From Chloroherpetonaceae bacterium (GTDB lineage Bacteria > Bacteroidota > Chlorobiia > Chlorobiales > Thermochlorobacteraceae), in NCBI GenBank assembly GCA_046292465.1, contig JBKBRB010000005.1, positions 22,536-86,535 of the forward strand: DNA of 64,000 nt, read 5' to 3'. The notes beneath the pieces are model-generated. The model worked only from the letters and a program-made list of their open reading frames with translations, made no database searches and was not told the DNA's origin. This document shows, one piece after another, positions 28,655 to 37,825 of the stretch. Positions within the stretch are counted from its first letter, which is position 1; each line of letters opens with the position of its first letter. A program made the translations under genes and the position numbers.

Positions 28655-31600
28655 TTGAGGAACATCAATTTTTTGGTTGAAGACCAATCCGCCGCTTTCA
28701 AGCGATAAAAATACATGCCTGACGAAAAGCCGGACATGTTGAGCACATATTCATGAAAGCCTGCGTCCTGTTTCGCTTCCACGAGCGTTGCCACTTTTCT
28801 GCCCAACACATCAAAGAGTTCCAAAGTTACGCGACTTGCAACGGGCAACTGATATCGAATGACTGTTGTCGGATTAAATGGGTTCGGATAGTTTTGCTCT
28901 AACGCGAACGCCTGCGGTTTTTGAGCCAATCGCTCCCGTGTTGAACTTAATCCTACTCCGCCTGAGAGGCACCAGATTCTTCCATCGCGCGAAGTTACAA
29001 CAAAGTCCACCGTGTTATCGCCTGTAATATCGTCGACGATACTGATTTGCTCTGCTGCGGTGCTGTTCGAGCCAATGCCTGTGTTGAAGACGAAGCGTTG
29101 CTGTCCTGTTGGCGCATCATAGACCAGCACGCGATTGTCGAGCGTTGCAAATGCGACGGCGGAAGTTGCGCCATCGATTGAGCGATTGCCTTTGCGAAGT
29201 TCTGCCGCGCCGAGCGTAATGCTTCCGAGCGAATTTTGCCATAGCGTTGCACCGGTCGCGCCGTTGAGCACAAACGCACTGTATCCGCCTGCGGCAATGA
29301 CTTCGGGAATGTTGTCGTTTGTGAAGTCAGCCGTGAGTTTGACATCGGTGTAAAAGCCGTTGCCTGTTGCGCCTGTCCACAAGAGTTGCCCTGTTTGCGC
29401 GCTTAGTGCTTTGATAGAAACACTTGCGAGCGTTGATGTGCCTTCGGCAACAATGACGGTTTGGTTGTTTGGTGCGGTTTGAAATTTTGCCATTTCCCAA
29501 ACAGGACGATTGTTGTTGTAACTCCATCGCACCACGCCCGTGCTATCGAATCCGTAGATGAAGTTATCAGCGTCGCTTTGCGAGTTTGTTGCTACCACAC
29601 CGCCGAGCCATGTGGCAATGACGCCGTCGACAAATCGGTTTAAGGGCAGTTGCCATAGCACTTGTCCCGTGCGTCCGTTGAGGCAATAGAGGGAACGTCT
29701 TCCTTGCGTGCCACTTGAATTGGTTGCCGACGACGTGGCTAAAATATCCACCGTGCCATCGCCGTTGAAGTCTCGGCTTGCATCAATACCGTTGATGTCG
29801 CCTAAGGCGAAATTGACGCTATCGAAGAGTTCCCACTGCCAGATTAGCCGTCCAGTTTTGCCTGAAATTGCATAGACTTCTTCGTTGCCGCCGCCACAAC
29901 CGATAACGACATCGGCAACGCCATCGCCGTTCAAATCAGGTGCGACTTGCAATGCACCAACGCGGTCAACCGAGCCTGAATTGTTGTTGTTTGTGCCTGT
30001 ATTAAATCGCCAAAAAATGTCCATACTTCCTGACGCATTGCCGTTGATGCACAGCGTCCAATAGTTTTCAGTGGCTAACACAATATCGTCGATGCCGTCT
30101 CCATTCACATCGGGAATTGGTTTCATTGATACGGGCGAATAATCTTGAAACGAAGTTGCAGGATTGACGGGCACTGTGCCTTGCCAGAGCACGGCTCCAA
30201 GTTCGCGATTTACCGAAATGCCTTCGCCGCGAAGCGCAAGCCGCTGAACCGCGCCATTTACAGCATCTGACAACACATAGAGCGTATCGCTCACCACGCC
30301 ACTTGTGGCCGGTGCTTTGAACCACACTCGAACTTCGCTTGATGCTTGTGGCGCAATTCGAATGGGAATGGCTTGTAGCGAAAGGCTATCGACATAAAAA
30401 TTTTCACTCTTTGTCGTTAAGCCTATAATTTCCAATGTATCTGTTCCGCGATTTTCAACCGTGAGCATGTAGCTTGAGCGTGCGTTGTGCCGCCGTTGTC
30501 CAAAGTCGTATTGTGTTGCCCCTAAGTGAAGATACTTGCCTTGATAGACGCCCTTGCCACGCAGGGTTAGGCGTTTTTGCGGCTCAGTTGGGTCGTTGGA
30601 GTTAATGAAAATATCGGCTTCTTGATTGCCAAAATTTTGAGGCTCAAATGACGCGAAGTAGGTTTTCGTTGCACCTACGGCGAGGGTATCGATGCCGACG
30701 CTGATTCCGAAATTGTGATTAGCGGTCGTCGTAATGCCGTTCAAACGAAGCGGTGCGGAACCGATGTTGCTAATTGTAAAGGCGATCGAATCGCGCGAAT
30801 TGATTGCAACATTTCCGAAGTTAATTGTCGAGGTCGAGAGTGCAATTTTCGGCGAACCACTGCCATCGATTCGGAAGCGATAAAGCACGCGAAATCGGTT
30901 GATATTATTGCCCACGCGGAACGCCACCGACCACAGGTGATTGCCGTCCCAGTATAAGCCTCGCGGGTCTTGGTCGTTATCAGGGTCCGGCATGGGGAAA
31001 CTGAACAGTGTATCTTTGGTTGGCGAGTTCAGATTGACAGCATACACGCGTTCAGGTTGATTGTTGTGAAAATTATCGCCGACGTAGAAGAGCGTATCGC
31101 CTTTGACGGCAATGCCTTGCACTTGTCCGTTGTGGAGCGGGACAGTGTCGAGCAGTGTATTGTTGAGATAATCCCATTTGTAAGCATATGCAAACGGATA
31201 GCTTCCGCCGCCACTTGACGGAATGTTGTCAGGTTCATAGACCGCAAACCACAAGTGTCCGTTTCGGTCTAAGGCAATGTCGCCGATTCCGCCTGCACGC
31301 ATTGGCGGACCGTTGTTATCGCCAATGACAAACGGAAACTGAATCGAGTCGACAACTTGCCCTTGCCGAGTGAAGCGGTAAAGCCTTGTGCCTGAAAAGC
31401 GATAGTCTTGTGCCACCAAGAAATGCGTGCCGTCGAATTCCAATCCGTGATTGAAGTTGTAGAAATTTGGTAAATCGATTCTGCCGAGCGTGTCGCCGCG
31501 CACTGTAACTTTGATAATGTCGCCGAAGCTATCGTCTCCCAAAAAGAGCGTATCGCCAATGCGTGTAATGCCCCAAATGAAATTCCAGTTGTTAGCATTT

Positions 31601-31686
31601 GGCAATGCAATAACGGTATCAATCGCTTGCGCCGATGCAGAATAGCTAAGCCCCACCAACAGCAGCGTTGTCATCATTTTCTTCAT
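28651..31686 (-). CDS. T9SS type A CTD protein: N-terminal beta-propeller, two ASH/choice-of-anchor-D Ig domains, FG-GAP/PQQ-like propeller
   Basis: Signal peptide; INFGNV...ISNIG and SNDP Ig motifs; five DxxGD-type repeats; [15 protein letters not shown]. Confidence 0.85.
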   Translation of the reverse strand: MKKMMTTLLLVGLSYSASAQAIDTVIALPNANNWNFIWGITRIGDTLFLGDDSFGDIIKVTVRGDTLGRIDLPNFYNFNHGLEFDGTHFLVAQDYRFSGTRLYRFTRQGQVVDSIQFPFVIGDNNGPPMRAGGIGDIALDRNGHLWFAVYEPDNIPSSGGGSYPFAYAYKWDYLNNTLLDTVPLHNGQVQGIAVKGDTLFYVGDNFHNNQPERVYAVNLNSPTKDTLFSFPMPDPDNDQDPRGLYWDGNHLWSVAFRVGNNINRFRVLYRFRIDGSGSPKIALSTSTINFGNVAINSRDSIAFTISNIGSAPLRLNGITTTANHNFGISVGIDTLAVGATKTYFASFEPQNFGNQEADIFINSNDPTEPQKRLTLRGKGVYQGKYLHLGATQYDFGQRRHNARSSYMLTVENRGTDTLEIIGLTTKSENFYVDSLSLQAIPIRIAPQASSEVRVWFKAPATSGVVSDTLYVLSDAVNGAVQRLALRGEGISVNRELGAVLWQGTVPVNPATSFQDYSPVSMKPIPDVNGDGIDDIVLATENYWTLCINGNASGSMDIFWRFNTGTNNNNSGSVDRVGALQVAPDLNGDGVADVVIGCGGGNEEVYAISGKTGRLIWQWELFDSVNFALGDINGIDASRDFNGDGTVDILATSSATNSSGTQGRRSLYCLNGRTGQVLWQLPLNRFVDGVIATWLGGVVATNSQSDADNFIYGFDSTGVVRWSYNNNRPVWEMAKFQTAPNNQTVIVAEGTSTLASVSIKALSAQTGQLLWTGATGNGFYTDVKLTADFTNDNIPEVIAAGGYSAFVLNGATGATLWQNSLGSITLGAAELRKGNRSIDGATSAVAFATLDNRVLVYDAPTGQQRFVFNTGIGSNSTAAEQISIVDDITGDNTVDFVVTSRDGRIWCLSGGVGLSSTRERLAQKPQAFALEQNYPNPFNPTTVIRYQLPVASRVTLELFDVLGRKVATLVEAKQDAGFHEYVLNMSGFSSGMYFYRLKAADWSSTKKLMFLK

Positions 31687-31753
31687 GCGACACCTCGCTT
31701 TTGTTTGCAGTTTGGATTCACGATGAAAATTTAGAGAATTTATGGCACAATTA

Positions 31754-31784
31754 TTTGGAAAAAAACGCAGATGTGCTATCTTTG
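31754..31784 (+). promoter_or_regulatory. Bacteroidota-type -33/-7 promoter candidate upstream of ffs
   Basis: TTTG-N19-TATCTTTG, an exact consensus match. Confidence 0.5.
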
Positions 31785-31851
31785 CGACCCCTGTTTTTTG
31801 AACGGCTATCGTAGGTATTATCCCGAAAGTGTTGAAAAAGTATTAAGTTTC

Positions 31852-31948
31852 GGGCAAGTCCTATACAGCGTCCAGTAACTCAACCATGTCAGGTCCGGAA
31901 GGAAGCAGCATCCAGTTATTTTGGACGTGTGATATAGTCCGCTTGCCC
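31852..31948 (+). ncRNA. ffs: Signal recognition particle RNA (small bacterial 4.5S)
   Basis: Domain IV core CAGGTCCGGAAGGAAGCAG; termini pair (gggcaag/cttgccc; gcgtccag/ttggacgt); followed by a T tract. Confidence 0.92.
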
Positions 31949-32014
31949 TTTTTTATTTGCAATCACTTTTGCAGTAACGATTTTTCTTCTAACCATCTAA
32001 ACGATACAGTGAAA

Positions 32015-33076
32015 ATGTCAGACCAAAAGACTTTCAGCAAAGCGGATTTCTTAAAAGACACCATTGAGCACATCGACATGAAGCAATACAATGTTGTGCC
32101 GATGGTTTCAGCGATGGAAAAAATGGCATTCCAAGCACGCAACCTTAATCGTGCGGCAAAGATTTACGACATGATGCTTTCAGACAAAGACTGTGCGATT
32201 ATTCTCACGCTTGCAGGTTCGCTTATCAGTGCAGGCTTGAAGCAAATCATCATTGATATGATTGAACACAACATGGTCGATGCCGTTGTCTCTACGGGGG
32301 CGAACATCATTGACCAAGATTTCTTCGAGGCTCTTGGCTTTAAGCACTACATCGGCACGCCTTTCGTTGACGACGCCATTTTGCGCGAACTTCACATCGA
32401 CCGCATCTACGACACCTACATCGACGAAGACGATTTGCGCGTGTGCGACGACACCACCGCCAAAATTTTCGGCTCGCTTCCGCCGAAGCCCTACTCTTCG
32501 CGCGAATTGATGATTGAATTTGGAAAGTATTTGGAAAAGCATCACCCCAACGCCAACTCTATTGTGCTTTCCGCTTACCGCAAGGGCGTTCCGATTTTCA
32601 TTCCGGCGTTCAGCGATTGCTCGGCAGGTTTCGGCATTGTGCATCATCAATGGAACAATCCTGATTCGCACATCTCGTTTGATTCGGGCAAAGACTTTTT
32701 GGAATTGACGCGCATTAAAATCGAAAATCCGACAACGGGCATTTTCATGATTGGCGGCGGCGTTCCGAAAAACTTCACGCAAGACATTGTCGTCGCAGCA
32801 GAAGTCTTGGGCTATGAAAATGTTTCCATGCACAAATATGCGATTCAACTTACCGTTGCCGATGAGCGCGACGGTGCACTTTCAGGCTCAACCTTAAAAG
32901 AAGCCAGTTCGTGGGGCAAGGTCGACACGGCTTATGAACAAATGGTTTTCGGCGAAGCCACCGTTACCTTCCCGCTCATTGCCGGCTACGGCTATCACAA
33001 AGGTTCGTGGAAAGGGCGCGTTGCAAAAAACTTCAATGCGATGCTCGCTACAAAGCATACGGTCGAGACGAATTAA
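32015..33076 (+). CDS. Deoxyhypusine synthase-like protein (probable homospermidine synthase)
   Basis: LAGSLISAG, IGGGVPKNF and DGALSGSTLKEASSWGK with the catalytic Lys. Start moved to ATG 32015 to clear ffs. Confidence 0.9.
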   Translation: MSDQKTFSKADFLKDTIEHIDMKQYNVVPMVSAMEKMAFQARNLNRAAKIYDMMLSDKDCAIILTLAGSLISAGLKQIIIDMIEHNMVDAVVSTGANIIDQDFFEALGFKHYIGTPFVDDAILRELHIDRIYDTYIDEDDLRVCDDTTAKIFGSLPPKPYSSRELMIEFGKYLEKHHPNANSIVLSAYRKGVPIFIPAFSDCSAGFGIVHHQWNNPDSHISFDSGKDFLELTRIKIENPTTGIFMIGGGVPKNFTQDIVVAAEVLGYENVSMHKYAIQLTVADERDGALSGSTLKEASSWGKVDTAYEQMVFGEATVTFPLIAGYGYHKGSWKGRVAKNFNAMLATKHTVETN

Positions 33077-33116
33077 CTTCTGTTCAGACCTGTGCTCTAA
33101 AAACAGCAAGGACGAC

Positions 33117-33145
33117 GTGAGGGGGAAATTCTCTCACTGCTTTTT
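33117..33145 (+). terminator. Probable rho-independent terminator
   Basis: gtgagggg/tctctcac stem with G-U pairs, followed by a T tract. Confidence 0.55.
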
Positions 33146-33185
33146 ATCTTGGCGTTGTTTTTCAACCTTTTAACTCTTACCGACA

Positions 33186-33860
33186 ATGCAATTTTTCATT
33201 GACACGGCGAATTTAGATGAAATCCGCGAGGCGCAAAGTCTTGGGGTCTTAGATGGCGTTACCACAAATCCATCGCTGATTGCCAAGGAAGTCAAACCGC
33301 TCACCTATGAAGCGTTCCGAGACCACATCAAAAAAATCTGCGAGATGGTTCACGGTCCTGTCAGCGCGGAAGTAACCACGCTCAAAGCCAGCGAAATGGT
33401 TGTCGAAGGTGAAGCCCTTGCCGAAATTCACGAAAACGTGGTGGTCAAATGCCCATTGACCGTTGAAGGCATCAAAGCCATTAAGGCACTTTCGTCCAAA
33501 GGCATTCGCACAAATGCGACCCTAATTTTTTCGCCTAATCAAGCCTTGCTTGCCGCAAAAGCGGGCGCAACCTATGTCAGCCCCTTTGTCGGACGCTTGG
33601 ACGATGTTTCCACTGACGGCATGTTGCTTATTGAGCAAATCGTTACTATTTTCCGCAACTACGAAATTCCAACCCAAGTTTTGGCGGCGAGCATTCGCCA
33701 CCCCGTCCACGTCGTTGAGTGCTCACTTCTTGGCGCCGATGTAGCGACGATTCCTTTCAAAGTGATTGAGCAACTTGCTAAACATCCGCTTACCGATATT
33801 GGATTACAAAAATTTATGGACGATGTCAAAGCCTTGCGCGAAAAGGTCGCCAAAGTGTAA
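33186..33860 (+). CDS. tal: Transaldolase / fructose-6-phosphate aldolase (short TalC type)
   Basis: [20 protein letters not shown] and [11 protein letters not shown] motifs. Confidence 0.92.
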   Translation: MQFFIDTANLDEIREAQSLGVLDGVTTNPSLIAKEVKPLTYEAFRDHIKKICEMVHGPVSAEVTTLKASEMVVEGEALAEIHENVVVKCPLTVEGIKAIKALSSKGIRTNATLIFSPNQALLAAKAGATYVSPFVGRLDDVSTDGMLLIEQIVTIFRNYEIPTQVLAASIRHPVHVVECSLLGADVATIPFKVIEQLAKHPLTDIGLQKFMDDVKALREKVAKV

Positions 33861-33921
33861 TTTTTATCGTTGTGAAGAGCGTCGTTAGTACGTTCTTCCG
33901 TTTTTCACAACCTACAATAAT

Positions 33922-34122
33922 ATGAGTGTCATGAAAGCCTACGAAGAACTCAAAGCGATGGTCGCTTCCTTTGAAGAGGATTTTCGCAAGTTTTACGAGA
34001 AGGGAAACAAATCTGCGGGCACGCGCGTGCGCAAACACATGGCGGATTTGAAGCGAAAAGCACAAGAAATTCGCCTCGAAGTTCAGTCCATGAAACAAGC
34101 CGAAAAGTCTGCCGACAAATAA
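33922..34122 (+). CDS. Histone H1-like (Hc1 family) small basic protein
   Basis: KFYEKGNKSAGTRVRK...LK..AQEIR motif. Confidence 0.8.
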   Translation: MSVMKAYEELKAMVASFEEDFRKFYEKGNKSAGTRVRKHMADLKRKAQEIRLEVQSMKQAEKSADK

Positions 34123-34180
34123 CTATCAGAGCAAAGTCTACTTTCAGATAACTTCTTCGCTTTGCACTTGAATTGAAAAC

Positions 34181-34219
34181 AAAAAGCCCAATGCTATCAA
34201 CGCATCGGGCTTTTCTTTT
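34181..34219. terminator. Bidirectional terminator
   Basis: aaaagcccaatgc-N7-gcatcgggctttt between convergent genes. Confidence 0.75.
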
Positions 34220-34237
34220 GCCTCACTCACGGCAATT

Positions 34238-34681
34238 TTAGTTCGTTGCCGGTATGGCTTGGCGGTTGTCGTCGTTCGTCGATGCCGATGGTCGCAAAAA
34301 CCACAAGAGCGCAATAATGATGACTTGCGGCGTGTGAACAAAGGCAAAGTTCGACCAACTAATGATTTGCTCCGCGTTCAATACCTCCACCGTCGAGGTG
34401 ATGGCACCGACCACTTGCTCGACCACCACAATCCAGAGCAGTTTTTCGTATTTGACCACATCGGTTGCGATAATCGCATATGCGACCGCCAATACATACA
34501 AGACCATGCCGTATTGGTGAAAGACAATGCTGGTTTGAGAATTACTTGCGTAATCCTGCCAGCCGTATAGCGAAGCACCCCAACTCAAAAATATCGTTGA
34601 GCCAAGCGCGTTTAAGAGTTCCCAGGCGGCTAAAACCCACATCAAGCCTGAGAGCAGTTTGATTTTGGTGTTGCTATTCAT
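34238..34681 (-). CDS. 4-TM membrane protein of unknown function (BphX/DUF4345-like architecture)
   Basis: Strong RBS (ggagga); four hydrophobic helices; similar to the modules of 35340-36323. Confidence 0.65.
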   Translation of the reverse strand: MNSNTKIKLLSGLMWVLAAWELLNALGSTIFLSWGASLYGWQDYASNSQTSIVFHQYGMVLYVLAVAYAIIATDVVKYEKLLWIVVVEQVVGAITSTVEVLNAEQIISWSNFAFVHTPQVIIIALLWFLRPSASTNDDNRQAIPATN

Positions 34682-34737
34682 AATGAATCCTCCAAATGAT
34701 TGTTAATGTTACTGAAAGAAAGAACAAAAAAAATCCG

Positions 34738-35331
34738 TCAGAGTCGCCTTGCAGGCTGTTGATTGAGAATCACAGGCTTACCGAAGACTTTTGAGAGACG
34801 AAACGAGCGCGTCCAAGTTTTGAGTCGCGCCCATCGCGCCACCAACAAGAGCGGACAAAAGTGCACGCACGCACCTCGCTTTCCTAACAGCATCACTGAC
34901 GCGCCTACCATCACGAAAAATGCCGCTTGCAATACATGCGCATCGAGGTTCGTGTAGTTAAACCCAAACGGCACAGTAATCAAGTGCATTATATCGGGAC
35001 GAATGAGCCACGACACCGGTGCCCACAACACTGCCACTGCAAGCGTAAATGCACGCCAAAAATTTGCATTGAGTTTTACGCGCCGTCGTGCCAACGGCTC
35101 TGCCCAATCCTGCGCCGCGCCAAGCCAACACACCCAACTGCACACGATTGGACCGTTCGTTACTGTTATGACAATCACCGATGCCCAAAATATGCCTCCA
35201 ACGACTGCCCAAACCACACTCGGCAAACGTGTTTCTATCAGCACAAGGTTAATTACAACAAACACGGCTTGCACCGTGCGCCGTTGCCACAGCAACGCTC
35301 TTGACTCCTCTTCTGACTCTGCCTGTCGCAT
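34738..35331 (-). CDS. Membrane protein with NapH/CcoG-like CxxxC(P/W) motifs (4Fe-4S_5-like)
   Basis: CSWVCWLG and GACVHFCP motifs between TM helices; no ferredoxin domain. Confidence 0.65.
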   Translation of the reverse strand: MRQAESEEESRALLWQRRTVQAVFVVINLVLIETRLPSVVWAVVGGIFWASVIVITVTNGPIVCSWVCWLGAAQDWAEPLARRRVKLNANFWRAFTLAVAVLWAPVSWLIRPDIMHLITVPFGFNYTNLDAHVLQAAFFVMVGASVMLLGKRGACVHFCPLLLVARWARLKTWTRSFRLSKVFGKPVILNQQPARRL

Positions 35332-35339
35332 CTTGCTTC

Positions 35340-36323
35340 CTATTTTGTATCGCTCTGAATCGCTACGCTCACTTGTTGCTTCGGATATAGCACATAAAAG
35401 AGCAAAAGCGTAATGGCTTGCACCGAAAACACTGTGAGAAACTGCGGGAATAAAATGCTTCCAAAGAGCAACTCAATCACAGCACTTAGCGCGTTGATAA
35501 TTTGTTGTGCCATCACAAATTCCAAGATTCGCAAATGCGAGAGCGGGAAATACGCGCCAAGCATCGTTGCCAAGCCAATGCCGAAGAGCATCACACCTTG
35601 CTGATTTCTCACGATGTGGTTGGCTTGCATCGCATTGAGCAAGTTCATTTCCGCTGTTCCATCGCTACTGATATTGGCAACGCCAATTTCCCAAAAGACC
35701 GTCGAGCCAAGTCCCCACAGCACCCACAACACACCAGCAACAAGACACATGGTTTGGATTGAAAAACGTTGAAGCCAGGGCGAGAGCATTATGCCGAACC
35801 GTTTCTTTTGGGATAAAATTGCCAATTCCGCCTCTTTTGTGTGAGTGAAAATTTCGGTTGGAGCGTAACGCAAGAGCAACGCAGCAAGGGTTATATCAAT
35901 CGCGCAAGCCGGAATTATTTGAGCGAGCGTTAATTCGCCTTGTGTGAAAGCGTAAAGTCCAAGCCCTGCCATTAAGAGCCTTGTCAAGGCGAGCACACGA
36001 ATCAAATTCCGATAGCGCACTGGCTCAGTTGCCGCAAAGACGGCAAGCAAGGAAAGTTGAATCACGAAAAAGCCGTATTGCCGAATGATTGAATGTGCAT
36101 AAAGAAAACTTTCTTCGCCATTGATAAGCGTTGGAATGGGCAGTGCGAAAAACGGAGTTGAAATTTGCGCAAAGAAGATAAGACACACTGCAAATTCAAG
36201 TGCATAGAGCGCGGCTGAAATCAGCAGAAGCGTTCTTACTGCTCTGTTCGCACGAGGAGAAGAGACGAAGAGTCCGCGGAAAAATGTTGCCGCTCTCGGC
36301 ACAACCGAAGATACTACCGGCAT
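35340..36323 (-). CDS. 8-TM membrane protein made of two tandem 4-TM modules
   Basis: Hydrophobic; internal duplication; second half resembles the 34238-34681 product. Confidence 0.65.
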   Translation of the reverse strand: MPVVSSVVPRAATFFRGLFVSSPRANRAVRTLLLISAALYALEFAVCLIFFAQISTPFFALPIPTLINGEESFLYAHSIIRQYGFFVIQLSLLAVFAATEPVRYRNLIRVLALTRLLMAGLGLYAFTQGELTLAQIIPACAIDITLAALLLRYAPTEIFTHTKEAELAILSQKKRFGIMLSPWLQRFSIQTMCLVAGVLWVLWGLGSTVFWEIGVANISSDGTAEMNLLNAMQANHIVRNQQGVMLFGIGLATMLGAYFPLSHLRILEFVMAQQIINALSAVIELLFGSILFPQFLTVFSVQAITLLLFYVLYPKQQVSVAIQSDTK

Positions 36324-36424
36324 AAATGTAAAAGGTTACTGCGTTACTATAACTACTACAAAATAAAAATCAGAACTCCGCGATATAGGTTTCGGTGGTT
36401 TTTGGTTTGGAGCGTTGGCGAAAC

Positions 36425-36808
36425 TTACATTTTGTTTTTACCACTTCCAAATTTGTTTGTTTGCCGTCGCCGACTTTGGCGTTTGAAATCGTAAAAATGT
36501 AAGTCCATTTTCACCGTTTCATCGGCGTTGAATGTTACGCCTTCGTCTTGCAAGAGCCGTTTCATCAGGTCAGGCGGTCCAAAGTGATGTTTGCCTGTGA
36601 GCGCGCCAAACCGATTGACGACACGGTGTGCTGGGACATCAGTTCCGACGCATTGACTTAACGCATAGCCAACCATTCGCGCTGAAAGTTTCGCTCCAAT
36701 TTTTTCAGCAATCGCGCCGTAAGTTGAGACTTTGCCTTCGGGAATTTGGCGCACTAATGCATAAACTTTCTCGTAAAAATTTTCTTTCGCGGTCTCTTTT
36801 CTTGCCAC
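36425..36808 (-). CDS. MGMT-family alkyltransferase-like (ATL) protein
   Basis: IPEGKVSTYGAIA...ARMVG...PAHRVV; the catalytic Cys is replaced by Ala. Confidence 0.88.
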   Translation of the reverse strand: MARKETAKENFYEKVYALVRQIPEGKVSTYGAIAEKIGAKLSARMVGYALSQCVGTDVPAHRVVNRFGALTGKHHFGPPDLMKRLLQDEGVTFNADETVKMDLHFYDFKRQSRRRQTNKFGSGKNKM

Positions 36809-36814
36809 TTTCAG

Positions 36815-37723
36815 TTATGCGACGCTTTCAGGTTTGAGCAATCCGAGCCGTTCCATTTCCGCATCGAGTTTGGCTTTTGCCGCCGCAGTGGCTTCAACCA
36901 TAGGCAAGCGATAGACTTCTTCAATCAATCCCATTTTGGACATCACATATTTGACAGGAATTGGATTGGACTCGATGAAGTTCATCAAGAAGAGGTTGAT
37001 GTAGCAGTGATGCAAGCGTTGGGCTTCGGCGAGATTGCCTGCAAAGACGGCTTCGACAAGGGCTTTGACGGCTTTGGGCACTTCGTTTGCCGCAACGGAA
37101 ATCACGCCGTCGGCTCCCATTGCCATCATGGCGAGCGTAAGCGGGTCGTCGCCTGAAAGCACAGCAAGGTGGTCGGGGCGATTGCGCAAGAGTTCCATCA
37201 CTTGCACCATGTTGCCTGAGGCTTCTTTAATGGCGATGATATTTGGCGCGTCGCTTGCAAGGCGAAGCATGGTCTCGACGCTGACATTGCTACTGGTGCG
37301 AGTTGGCACGTTGTAAAGAATCACGGGCACAGAGACGGCATCGGCAACGGCGCGGAAATGGCGATAGTAGCCTTCTTGTGTGGGCTTGTTGTAGTAGGGC
37401 GCAACGGAAAGAATGGCTTCTGCGCCGGCTTTTTCGGCGGCTTTGGCGAGCTCAACGGCGTGATGCGTTGAATTGCTTCCTGCCCCTGCCATCACGCGAA
37501 TTCTGCCTCGCGCTTCGTCTTTAACAATTTCGATAATGCGTCGCTGTTCGTCGGCGGAAAGCACAGGGGCTTCTCCCGTTGTGCCACATGGAATCAACAT
37601 ATCTGTTCCACCTTCGATGTGAAAGTTCACCAATCGGCGAAGCGCAACTTCGTCGAGCGATTCATCGCGCTTGAACGGCGTTACAAGGGCAACGGCAGAG
37701 CCAGAAATTGTGCGTCTTTTCAT
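36815..37723 (-). CDS. dapA: 4-hydroxy-tetrahydrodipicolinate synthase
   Basis: [19 protein letters not shown] and IKEASG motifs. Confidence 0.96.
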   Translation of the reverse strand: MKRRTISGSAVALVTPFKRDESLDEVALRRLVNFHIEGGTDMLIPCGTTGEAPVLSADEQRRIIEIVKDEARGRIRVMAGAGSNSTHHAVELAKAAEKAGAEAILSVAPYYNKPTQEGYYRHFRAVADAVSVPVILYNVPTRTSSNVSVETMLRLASDAPNIIAIKEASGNMVQVMELLRNRPDHLAVLSGDDPLTLAMMAMGADGVISVAANEVPKAVKALVEAVFAGNLAEAQRLHHCYINLFLMNFIESNPIPVKYVMSKMGLIEEVYRLPMVEATAAAKAKLDAEMERLGLLKPESVA

Positions 37724-37825
37724 GATTTGAAACAAAGGTTTGATGTTGTCAAAGATTGATGGAAATTTAAGCGTTTGCGTGCGAATTCAGACTCGAATTT
37801 TTGAAACCTTACCTGCACTTTCACG

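Noticed and set aside
31886-32014. ORF-track N-terminal extension of the DHS-like gene
   Set aside because: It overlaps the SRP RNA; the likely start is ATG 32015.
33870-33912. gttgtgaa...ttcacaac inverted repeat between tal and the Hc1-like gene
   Set aside because: An imperfect single hairpin with no riboswitch or repeat-family signature.
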